A stretch of DNA of 56,252 bases, the filler included, from Dugesia japonica (Eukaryota), in assembly GCA_001938525.1 (NCBI GenBank). It is 5 parts of 5 records of this genome, joined end to end, with 100 filler letters (N's around TTAATTAATTAA, not from the genome) between each part and the next. Parts side by side here need not be neighbours in the genome. Positions count along the whole stretch, not along the records: positions 1 to 10,276 come from MQRL01534768.1; 4 more parts are not named here. The stretch is one strand, 5' to 3'. The position numbers were made by a program, and so were the translations under genes. The notes under the pieces were generated by a model that worked only from the letters and a program-made list of their open reading frames with translations, searched no databases and had not been told where the DNA came from. Of the stretch, positions 1-10,376 are shown piece by piece. How positions within the stretch are numbered: position 1 is the stretch's first letter; each line of letters opens with the position of its first letter.

Positions 1-86
1 TTAAAATGTATAAAAACCGCTAACTGTGGAATACCATAAATATTAGTTGACTCATCTAGGCCCAAACTAAAGGCTTTACAGTTTAT

Positions 87-495
87 AATATCAATTTTAA
101 GTTTTTCACCTGTATCTAGACATGTATCTGTAATACGTCCTTCTACAGTTGATCGAGATGCTTGAATATTTGATATTTTTCATGTAATTTTGAATTCTCA
201 TGATCAATAATTTTTATCTATTTTTAAAAATCGAATATATTTTAAAAAGAATAAAATATAAAATTNNNNNNNNNNNNNNNNNNNNNNNNNNNNNNNNNNN
301 NNNNNNNNNNNNNNNAATATCAATTTTAAGTTTTTCACCTGTATCTAGACATGTATCTGTAATACGTCTTTCTACAGTTGATCGAGATGTTTGAATATTT
401 GATATTTTTTATGTAATTTTGAATTCTCATGATCAATAATTTTTATCTATTTTTAAAAATCAAATATATTTTAAAAAGAATAAAATATAAAATTA
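87..495. repeat. ~179-bp near-identical duplication on both sides of an N gap (87-265 vs 317-495)
   Basis: Direct comparison shows about 4 substitutions. The copies are separated only by Ns, so this is probably an unmerged overlap or allele. Confidence 0.8.
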
Positions 496-524
496 AATAT
501 TTAGTACTTTCCTTTTTTAAATAT

Positions 525-641
525 GAATTTTTAAATTTTTTGTTTAAACAATTAATGATTTCATAGTTTTTTATTTTAATAAATTTATGGAGTTGAATTC
601 TGATGTTAATGATTCGATGAGTTTTCCTAACTCACCTAACA
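525..641 (+). mobile_element. Solo-LTR fragment (3' part) related to the gypsy LTR at 36600-36921
   Basis: TTGAATTCTGATGTTAATGATTCGATGAGTTTTCCTAACTCACCTAACA aligns with the reverse complement of ~36600-36650. It has AATAAA at 578-583 and ends in ...AACA. Confidence 0.7.
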
Positions 642-1750
642 ATATCTATTTTAAAAATTTTAATCAAACACTTTTCAAAATTTTTTAATTTAATTATTTA
701 ACGCTTTTCAAAATTTTACAAATTAATATCATTAAAATATGATGATAAATGAAATAAGGAAACGTTTACTTACATAAAATTACTTAAAGTACCTTGAATT
801 ATTTTATATTTTTGTAGTTACTGACGTAATTAGAGTAATATAATTGATTAATAATAACATGTTTTTATTATCAATGGTAATATTTTGTTGTTTTTTAAAT
901 TTAAAAAAGGTAGATACTATATAGTTATCCATTTTTTACCGTATTATATAAATTTTAAAAATCGTATAACTGGCCTACATGGCGTACTTATTTCAGGTAG
1001 TTGATTTAAATTTATAATTTTTGGTTTATTAATCAATGATAGAAAAAGAATTATTGAGCCACAAAAAAAATTTCAGAGCCGCATGTGGCTCATGAGCCAC
1101 AGTTTGGGCATGTCTGCTTTATTCAATCTCATTTCACTTCTTTATTCAATTTTTATTTTCTTTGTTTGCAACTTTAAAATTGATTTTTTTCACCTGTTTT
1201 ATTTAATCTTTAGGTTAAATTTGTCAAATTTAATTTCCTTTNNNNNNNNNNNNNNNNNNNNNNNNNNNNNNNNNNNNNNNNNNNNNNNNNNNNNNNNNNN
1301 NNNNNNNNNNNNNNNNNNNNNNNNNNNNNNNNNNNNNNNNNNNNNNNNNNNNNNNNNNNNNNNNNNNNNNNNNNNNNNNNNNNNNNNNNNNNNNNNNNNN
1401 NNNNNNNNNNNNNNNNNNNNNNNNNNNNNNNNNNNNNNNNNNNNNNNNNNNNNNNNNNNNNNNNNNNNNNNNNATATAATCTATTGTTTAAATATTCTGT
1501 CGTTTATACAAAATTGGTGCGAGAAAAACATTTTTAGAGCTTGACTAAATGTATGTTCTAAGTAAACTACAAATAGTTATAAATTGTTGAAAATACCCGT
1601 TTGATTTTGATTTAATTATACTACTGAGATTGTTAATTGGTTCAAACAAAAAATCGTTAGAATTTGATAGAATTTTTTGTTTTGGAATAAAGAAACTGTT
1701 AATCTTAAATAAGCAATTTTCTGATGTTGAATGCCTTTTTTATTTTAGCT

Positions 1751-2521
1751 CAGTTGTTCCCAAACCTTTTTGATTTGCGGCGCACATACATATACAAAGT
1801 TTTCAATGGTTCCCCAAATCAAAATATTGGTCTATTATTAGATAGGTTTTTAATTTATGAGTTAATTATATAGTTTATTTTTCGATTATGAACAGATTAA
1901 GAACATATGAAAATATTATGAACATATTATGAACAGATTATGAACATATTATGAACATATTATGAACAGATTATGAACATATTATGAACAGATTATGAAC
2001 ATATTATGAACATATTATGAATAGATTATGAACATATTTTGAACATATTATGAACAGATTATGAACATATTATGAATAGATTATGAACATATTTTGAACA
2101 TATTATGAACATATTATGAACATATTATGAACAGATTATGAAAATATTATGAACATATTATGAACAGATTATGAACATATTATGAACAGATTATGAACAT
2201 ATTATGAACAGATTATGAACATATTATGAACAGATTATGAAAATATTATGAACAGATTATGAAAATATTATGAACATATTATGAACAGATTATGAACAGA
2301 TTATGAAAATATTATGAACATATTATGAACAGATTATGAACATATTATGAACATATTATGAACATATTATGAACATATTATGACCATATTATGAACATAT
2401 TATGAACATATTATGAACATAAGTCCTTTGAATTTATTACTTTTATAAAACATGTTTAATATTAGAAATATCTCTCGGCATCAATGTGACAAAGCCACGG
2501 TGCACGGTTTGAAAACCAGTG
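1751..2521. mobile_element. Non-autonomous hAT element (MITE) carrying a minisatellite
   Basis: Imperfect TIRs CAGTTGTTCCCAAAC / GTTTGAAAACCAGTG and a perfect 8-bp TSD TTTTAGCT (1743-1750 and 2522-2529). Confidence 0.85.
1885..2420. repeat. 11-bp minisatellite ATTATGAACA(T/G), about 48 copies
   Basis: Directly visible tandem array with T/G variants and no unique spacers. Confidence 0.95.
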
Positions 2522-3656
2522 TTTTAGCTTGGTAGATAATTTTATTGTGAGGCGACCCTGATTGATTTGTTTGAATTTTTTGTGTTTTCTAAGTGGATTT
2601 TGCTGCTTTTCGTTTTGATGCGGTCAAAATTAATTAATTGACTGGTTTGGTTTATAAAGATAATTTTGCCAAAAGAGTTGTAATTGGATTTTTTGCAAAG
2701 ATATGGATACTTTTTTTGAAAGTTTCTTTTCATATTCGTTGAGATTTTAAATTTTCTGTAAAATACTTTGCTATTCCAATAATTTTGTAATCAAATCTAT
2801 TTTAATGTTCCCTTTATTAATGGGTTTATTGCTAATAAATTCAATNNNNNNNNNNAATCAATTTGATTTTTCTTATCTTATTCAATCTATTCATTTATTA
2901 TTAATAATTTGATTAATTTATTTATTGTTTATCTTTTTCTGGATTTGATTAAAAATTTGAATCAATTAATTAGTTAAATCTCTGTTAATGTAGACATTTT
3001 ATTGGTGCCTAACTTTCCTTAGCTCTAACTTAATTAATTGATTTATTTTATGTTTTTAGGTATGTTCAAGATTCAAACGCTTGGAAATACGGATATTTAC
3101 AAACGTATGCATATAGAAACATTTGTNNNNNNNNNNNNNNNNNNNNNNNNNNNNNNNNNNNNNNNNNNNNNNNNNNNNNNNNNNNNNNNNNNNNNNNNNN
3201 NNNNNNNNNNNNNNNNNNNNNNNNNNNNNNNNNNNNNNNNNNNNNNNNNNNNNNNNNNNNNNNNNNNNNNNNNNNNNNNNNNNNNNAATTTTAAATTTAT
3301 AGCGTCAGTTTTCTAAATTAAGAATCTTAAATTTATTTTGATTTGTTTAAAATTTGTATTGAACCGTATTTGTATTTGTATTCTAAAACTCAAATATGTA
3401 GTGTTGTCCATGAGGTATATGAAGCTCTAAAATAAAAACAGTTGTTGACAAGAGGGGAGCGGATGTTAAAAATTGACTAAAAACTGTTAACATAATTAAT
3501 GAACTGTTCATTATCTAGTTTTCTAAATGGTTTTTTACGAAATATTTGCAAATAATTGATTTTAAAATGACAGTTTTTTAAATATTTAGAACAAAATTAA
3601 AATTGTTTTATAATATATCTCAACTGAAAGTTATTTAGCTACCTGAAAATATATAT

Positions 3657-4011
3657 TAGGGTGACCATTCGACCCGGATGAAATCCCCGTGTCCCGTATT
3701 AATATATATCCCGGGAAATACAACTAATTAGATAATTCATCATATTATGTGAATACTATAATAATCGATTATATTATATTATATTATATTATATTATCAT
3801 GCGTTTTTGCATACATGACTATATGAACGAATCCATTCATCTACGCGCATGATTATGTTTACTATCACCTCATACACATGTACACACAGTTTAAGATTAA
3901 AGAAGCACTTGCAAGTGCAGTTGTCAGTTAATGGATGCTCTCTGTCCCGTATTATGTTGTGATAAAAATGCTCAGTGTGACAATTCAGTGTGACAATACA
4001 GTGTGACAATT
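3657..4011 (+). mobile_element. Truncated hAT (Blackjack-like) terminus, followed by three 13-bp CAGTGTGACAATT repeats at 3973-4011
   Basis: TAGGGTGACCA terminus with GTCCCG subterminal motifs. No partner end or TSD was found. Confidence 0.45.
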
Positions 4012-4278
4012 AAGTTTTAAGACTGACTTATTTCTAAATTATCAGTAAAGATAGATATGAAAACAAATATACATATTCAGCGTAACTTTTTAACTATTAA
4101 CAATTGGAAATTCAAATCAATAAATTTTTTTCATGTTGAAAGTTTAAGATGGAACAAACAGCTGTTATTAAATATAATTTCAAACTTGGAAAAAGTGCAT
4201 CTAAAACATTCCAATTTATGCATTAAGTTTACAGTGACCTTTGTTTAAATAGATTAAATTTTTTCTGTGACATAGATA

Positions 4279-5385
4279 TCATTTGGAAGGTAGAGATTCA
4301 TTGTAAAACGATCAACGTACGGGTAGGTCAATTACATGTCAATCACAGGAAATTATAGAAACAGTTTCTGATTTTGTGACTAACAATCATTTTGCGTCAT
4401 TGAAAATGATGGTAGAAGCTAACTAACAGAGAAACAATGCAAGTAATTTTACACGAACATTTAAAAAAACTAAAGTCTGTTCTACATTTTTTCCGCGCTC
4501 CTTAACGAACGAACAAAAATTCAGTAGATTTGTACATGGTGAAGACGTCATTTCAGTTGTAGAAATGACGTAAATTTTCTGAAAATTGGTGATGACTTAT
4601 GATGCTTTTAGTATAAAGTAACCAGGGACAGTCCCAACTTTTAAGAATTTATCTCGTGTTCCGAAAAAACACAATTCTTTCGGCTTTAATGTAGCTATTT
4701 CACCAGGATATGAGTTTTTTATTATTTTTTTAAATTTTAAAATGTTAAACTTTAATAATAAAAATAATTGTTGAGAACTGATTATCATGACTTTTTAAAC
4801 AACTATAGAAATCTACCAAAAAACATTCACTCAAATAAGAAATATGCCAAAGAATACAATAATACTTAACGTAATTGTTTAATGTATCATATTTGTAAAT
4901 TGTATGTGTTGAAATAAAAAAAATAATAAAATACTATTTTTGCGTTCAAAATTTTTGAGACCAAATGTTTAATCAAGTACCTCACTCGGTCAGTGGTGTC
5001 CCGCTGAACGAATTTTAAAAACTGGTCACTTTATTTTAATATGATCTAAAAACTTACAGAGAAATGTTGAAATGCAATGCAAAAACCTCAAGCCAAGAAA
5101 AGTTTCATTAAAAATCAAACAATGCTCATTGTTTTCTTTGATAACAAAAGTATTATCTTCAAAGAATTTGCACCACCTGAATAAACAATTTTTTAGAAGA
5201 TATAAAACGTTTGATTGTCAGAATTCATAGTATTCATCCAGAATATCGTGATGGAAACAGTTACTATTTGTAAATCGGTGTAACAGATGCATTGAAGCCA
5301 GAGAGGATTATTTTAAATAAAAAAACAATAAATATTTTGTCTTCCTTTGATTTTACAGGCCCATTTTTTTAACTTAATTACCATA
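4279..5385 (+). mobile_element. Decayed mariner transposase interrupted by a hAT MITE
   Basis: Broken frames read EGRDSL*NDQRTGR, ETMQVILHEHL, FPRSLTNEQK and GDDL*CF*Y, then after the insertion YDLK, IKTMLIVFFD and RCIEAREDYF. Confidence 0.8.
4614..5033. mobile_element. hAT (Blackjack-like) MITE, 420 bp, nested in the mariner
   Basis: TIRs TAAAGTAACCAG / CTGGTCACTTTA (11/12), 8-bp TSD TTTTAGTA (4606-4613) / TTTTAATA (5034-5041), and a GGGACAGTCCC subterminal motif. Confidence 0.8.
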
Positions 5386-5582
5386 AAAAAATTGTACGTG
5401 TTTGTTTTATTTTAAAAGACTTATGTTATAAAAGATTTCCTTGAGAAATATCATCTGAGGGCCTCAAAAATTGTTTTATGTTGCACTTTTGAAAGCTCTG
5501 ATCAAATCTAATATAAATTAACACTATATAAAGATTGAATAAAATAATCAATTTGAAGTTGATAAATAATAAATATAAAATT

Positions 5583-7217
5583 ATGTCAACAAAAAAAGCG
5601 TGGAAAAGAGTTTGTGCAAAATTATCACCCTTACAAAATGTAACAATTTCTCCGATAAAGCATGTTTGTCATCATGGTGTAACAGATCCTTTGTTAAATG
5701 AAAGATACACGGAAGTTATGATCTGGACATTATTAACTACTGAAGAATTTTTTTATCAAGACACTTGTTCCTTGGTTTATCACAACTATAGGCATAAAAA
5801 ACAATTAATAAGAATTCTGAATAATTCTAGAACTGTAATAGACTGGGGTGCAAAATTAGAAAATTATCAAATGATTGGCAAAGGTAGTTTTGGTGAAGTG
5901 TATGTTGCAGAAGACATTGAAACTGGGAAAAAGTACGCTTTAAAACGAATAATTCAGACAGAGTCAAAAGCAGAAGAGGACGCTGAACAATTTATAAGAG
6001 AAATTCTTTTAGAGAAAAGTACCCTTTTTGAATTAAATAAATGTCCTATATTTATCAGATTACTTGGCGCTTTTGTCGGACCAAACTCGTCATCATATTG
6101 GTTTGTGATGGAGTATTGTATTTGTGATTTAAGTAAAATAACTACACCTTATCTTTATTCAACTGATAATGATAAACTCTGGGAAATTTATATGAATGAT
6201 AATGCAATAGAAACTGCCAATGAATATTTCAGTGCAATTTATGAGGTTGAATATACTAAAGTAATTTTTATTTATCTTTTTGAAATGTTGTCAGCTTTGT
6301 ATTATCTTGCTCATCGTCATATAGTACATGCTGACTTGAAAACGCAAAATATATTAATTTCTATTAATGGACATATTAAAATTGGCGATTTTGGGGTAGC
6401 GTTTCGGCATAATTGGTTTTACAGGAATTCTTTAATTTATATAGCGAGTTCAGAAGAAGAAAGAGAGAATATGGAATCAATGGATTGCTCTTATGAATAT
6501 GTAGGAAATACTATGCATCATGATCCGGAAGTTAGTATTAATCGATTGAAAATAAAAGGTAAAAAATATGAAAAACAATTGAATAAACGATATTCTGAAA
6601 ATGAATACTATAAACGATTGTCAAATTTTAGTCAAGAATTTATGACAGATTTATATGCGGTCGGATTGATTATTGTCGAACTATTAACTGGAGGACTTAA
6701 ATTAAAAGTCAATCCACCGTTCCAAACAGTACAAATGAATCCATTTTGGTCAGTCGATTTAGCTTATGATGAAGATATTCATAAAGAAATTATTACTGAC
6801 AGATTATTGTCGGGATGCCAAGATGACAATTTTGAATCAGTAATGGAATTTATAGGTTCAATTTTCACTCCTCGTAAAATCAGAGCTAAAAACTTTACAT
6901 CATCGATGAAAGTTTTAATTTATAATAAATACAAAACGAACAAATATATAGATATAGGCAAGGTGGAAAATATCGCTTATTATTCAAAAAATAATATAAA
7001 AATGTTGAATGTTCTAAGTCGAAGATTACCGACAGATTTCATTTCGAATTTGAAATTAAAATTTGCAAACAATTTTCTTAATAAAAACTCTATTTCAACA
7101 GGTCAATTAGAATCAGAATCAGGATTTACAGTAAAAATCAATCCAGCAAAAACTATTAATCGGCAAATTTATTCTCTTCCTGGATTTTGTTTTACAGATA
7201 CTAAACATTTGGATTAA
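5583..7217 (+). CDS. Intronless Ser/Thr protein kinase, 544 aa from the first ATG; divergent, AGC-like, non-RD
   Basis: Open frame 5535-7217 with GKGSFG, YALK, alpha-C Glu (REILLE), HADLKTQN, IKIGDFG, GNTMHHDPE and TDLYAVG. The ATG at 5583 is preferred over the ORF-track TTG. Confidence 0.9.
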   Translation: MSTKKAWKRVCAKLSPLQNVTISPIKHVCHHGVTDPLLNERYTEVMIWTLLTTEEFFYQDTCSLVYHNYRHKKQLIRILNNSRTVIDWGAKLENYQMIGKGSFGEVYVAEDIETGKKYALKRIIQTESKAEEDAEQFIREILLEKSTLFELNKCPIFIRLLGAFVGPNSSSYWFVMEYCICDLSKITTPYLYSTDNDKLWEIYMNDNAIETANEYFSAIYEVEYTKVIFIYLFEMLSALYYLAHRHIVHADLKTQNILISINGHIKIGDFGVAFRHNWFYRNSLIYIASSEEERENMESMDCSYEYVGNTMHHDPEVSINRLKIKGKKYEKQLNKRYSENEYYKRLSNFSQEFMTDLYAVGLIIVELLTGGLKLKVNPPFQTVQMNPFWSVDLAYDEDIHKEIITDRLLSGCQDDNFESVMEFIGSIFTPRKIRAKNFTSSMKVLIYNKYKTNKYIDIGKVENIAYYSKNNIKMLNVLSRRLPTDFISNLKLKFANNFLNKNSISTGQLESESGFTVKINPAKTINRQIYSLPGFCFTDTKHLD

Positions 7218-7669
7218 AATTTTAGTTTCAAAACAATTAAAATTTATATTCTAGTGGTTTATGAGTAAAGAATATTTGTTTTATTTTCACAGTAAATAAT
7301 TTGATACTTACAAAGATTTAATGATAAAAATAATAATATTTCNNNNNNNNNNNNNNNNNNNNNNNNNNNNNNNNNNNNNNNNNNNNNNNNNNNNNNNNNN
7401 NNNNNNNNNNNNNNNNNNNNNNNNNNNNNNNNNNNNNNNNNNNNNNNNTTAAGTTAGAAAGTTTCCATTAGAAATGTTTTTGAACATTGGCGGATCTACC
7501 TGTACGCTAATGAAACTCCATTTTCAGGGCTGTGACATGAAATGAGCCCCGAACGCTTTCAATCTTATATCTAATTTCAATTACAAATAACGAAAAAAAA
7601 TTTGAAAATAAAAAAAAACAAGTTTTTTTGTTTTCTGTAAATATAAGAATGTAAACATGCAATACATAT

Positions 7670-8033
7670 CAGGGCTTTGGAGCTGAGATCGAAACACAAT
7701 AATTTGGATTGCTCCACTGCTCCAGTTTATTAAAAAATACATTATTTAAAAAACTTACTAAAGTGATATACTAAACTAGTACATACAATGTATGTCATGC
7801 ATACATTGCGTACACGCATTTCCTTGCTTGAGTTTATGTTGATCTGCTCTATAGGATTTTACTGAGTTCATCTCAAATTTTGAAAGCTGAAACTATGTAA
7901 CAACTTGAAATAAAGTTTATTTAGTTAATTTACACTAAAAAAACATTTTTTCTTTCAACTTTTGAAGATTTGTAATTTTTATAAATTTTCCTTGGAGCAT
8001 GGAGCGGAAAAATTGGACTGCTCCAAAGCCCTG
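7670..8033. mobile_element. hAT MITE, 364 bp
   Basis: Perfect 14-bp TIR CAGGGCTTTGGAGC and perfect 8-bp TSD ATACATAT (7662-7669 and 8034-8041). Confidence 0.9.
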
Positions 8034-8265
8034 ATACATATTCAATTTTACAATATATTAAATGATAAGAACATGAATATTTAAATGAAAAGCTTTTTAT
8101 TTAGTAAAATTCATAAGAGAATGTACAGTAAAGAAATAGAAAATAGTGTTCTTGTCGTAGTATTTTATAATGCTCTCTATATCAATGTGTATTCGTGCGG
8201 AGGTCTATTTGCAATGTATTTTTTGTTTAGATGATTTTCGGGGTGTAAGGATTAAAAATTGAAAA

Positions 8266-10276
8266 TCGCAACGCTTCAATAGACCTCATTCGAGAAGCAC
8301 TACACCCACGTATTTACCGGCATGGTGGCGATATTGAACAGTTGATCAATGGTTGCATCAAATACTTCAAATGTATAGGTGTAAAGAAAAAGGATAAAAA
8401 CCTCATGGTGGTTGGCTTAATTGATCGAGAATTAAGAGAAGCATACGAATGCCAAGATGAATTATTATATTTCGAGGACTGGCCGAGAAAAGCGTTCCAC
8501 AAAAGGACTACTCTAATACAAGACTTAGAGGAAGCTTTAAAATACAAGAGAANGGATGAACACGTTTATGTGTTCAAGAAAAAGATTTTAACACTGGTCG
8601 ATAAACTCTTTGCACACGAATTAGACAAAGATGAGATGACAAAAGAATAAATATTCAATAATTGCCGCGATAAAGGAATGCATATAAAGATTAAAGGAGG
8701 AAAACTTGCTAACTCGGAAGAGATATTTGAAACAATAAAAGCAAATGATGAACTAAAGGAGTACCTGGAAGAAACAGATAATATAAATATGGTGGAGAAT
8801 TACAGCAATGCAGTAAAAAAGAGGCATGACAAAAGAACGCTTCTCAAGAGTTAACGGAACTCAAAGTGAAAAGAAATTACATGCTGTCATGTCAGAAGAT
8901 AGCTCATATCAGCAAAAGTTGTCCAGAAAAGAAAAGAATGTGTTACGCATGCGGATCAGAGAATNNNNNNNNNNNNNNNNNNNNNNNNNNNNNNNNNNNN
9001 NNNNNNNNNNNNNNNNNNNNNNNNNNNNNNNNNNNNNNNNNNNNNNNNNNNNNNNNNNNNNNNNNNNNNNNNNNNNNNNNNNNNNNGAATAACGAACAAA
9101 GAAACGAAGCAGCACAATACAACCGAAGAGAGGAAACAAACAGAAGATATGACGATAATACAGATTCCCAAAACCGAGTGGGAAGACATCAGTTAATAAC
9201 AGATTCAGAAAAAGTGACGGCAGTAAATATGTAAACGCAATGTTAGAAGAGTATGAAGAGTGCATAAAGAGAGAAGATAATGTTTATTATTATGACGAGG
9301 AGACAAACAGCTATGGAGAAGAGACCCCAAACAGACAAGCTCCATTTTAAGTCGAGATTATTGGAGCAATGAACTGAAAAACAATCCAAATCGCGATATA
9401 CATATGTATATTAAAAGTAGTTTGATTAATAGTATAAAAGATGAAACTAAATAGGAAAGAGTCGACAGAAAAGTTTATGCGTTTTTAAAGAAAGATTTCG
9501 AAGATATGTATAATGAGATATCAATATATAATGAAAGAAACGATAAATGGTGATAACAAAATAATGGTATTAGAAGAGAATGAACAAGTAAAAATAAATT
9601 ATGATAGAATGCAATGTAGGCCCAGTGTNNNNNTTAGAATTCAAGGAAGATATATGGACTGCCTTTTGGATACAGGTGCAAAGATAAACGTGATGAGCCT
9701 CAATATTTTTGAAGTCTGGCAAATGTGGAGCTGATAGGAACTGATGACGTGTAAAAATGTGCAAATAATAGCAGAATAAACATTGTGGGTAAGACATATG
9801 TAGAAGTGAAGATCGGAAACAATAAGAAAACAGTAAAATTCACCGTAGTAGAAGAAATGAGTCCGAATCTTGTCGGAGGAATAAACATGCAACTCCAATT
9901 TGGACACCGTTTAACGAAAGAAACAAAGGATTATGAGGATGAACAGTGGTTCTGCAACATAGATGCAAGGTTTGGNNNNNNNNNNNNNNNNNNNNNNNNN
10001 NNNNNNNNNNNTTTGAAAATTTTGATGACAAAACGAGACGAAAAACTGGAAAAGGTAATAGTAAAACATCGAGTAGTATTCATGGCGGATAACTGGGATG
10101 TCAGATGCACAACGTTGGCGGAACACAAGATAGTGACAAAGGGTAACCCAATAAATACGAAACATTGTAGACAACCTATGAATCTAGAAGAAAAAATAGA
10201 TACAGCCATAAAAAATGTAGTGGACGCTAATATTATACGAAAATGTAATTCGCAGTGGAAGACACCACTGATATGC
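8266..10276 (+). mobile_element. Ty3/gypsy retrotransposon copy 1: decayed gag, protease and start of RT, cut by the contig end
   Basis: Gag zinc-knuckle remnants (HISKSC, CYACGS), protease CLLDTGAKINVM (~9660-9695) and RT start IIRKCNSQWKTPLIC, with many stops. Confidence 0.9.
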
Positions 10277-10376
10277 NNNNNNNNNNNNNNNNNNNNNNNN
10301 NNNNNNNNNNNNNNNNNNNNTTAATTAATTAANNNNNNNNNNNNNNNNNNNNNNNNNNNNNNNNNNNNNNNNNNNN
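10277..10376. other. Artificial contig-joining spacer N44-TTAATTAATTAA-N44
   Basis: Exactly 100 bp, with a 12-mer giving stops in all six frames; identical to three other spacers. Confidence 0.95.

Larger units (their letters stand above)
1..1116 (-). mobile_element. hAT (Buster/Charlie-like) DNA transposon relic: transposase fragment and one terminus
   Basis: The minus strand of ~3-179 reads KISNIQASRSTVEGRITDTCLDTGEKLKIDIINCKAFSLGLDESTNIYGIPQLAVFIHF, matching the Buster/GTF2IRD2-type FSLxLDESTD...QLAVFIR block. A hAT-like terminus CAGACATGCCCAAACTGTGGCTC reads inward from 1116. That the two parts belong to one element is inferred. Confidence 0.75.

Noticed and set aside
1083-1544. ORFs spanning N runs (also 3038, 31394, 44848-45306, 45739)
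   Set aside because: Their length comes from gaps.
1885-2420. CRISPR-like appearance of the regular array
   Set aside because: It is a pure tandem repeat with no unique spacers and no cas genes, in a eukaryotic context.
3657-5033. One large hAT element pairing TAGGGTGACCA (3657) with the end at 5033
   Set aside because: That pairing has no TSD; the 5033 end pairs better with 4614 in both TIR and TSD.
5525-5533. TATA-like TATATAAAG ~58 bp upstream of the kinase ATG
   Set aside because: Such motifs arise by chance in DNA this AT-rich; TSS data would be needed.
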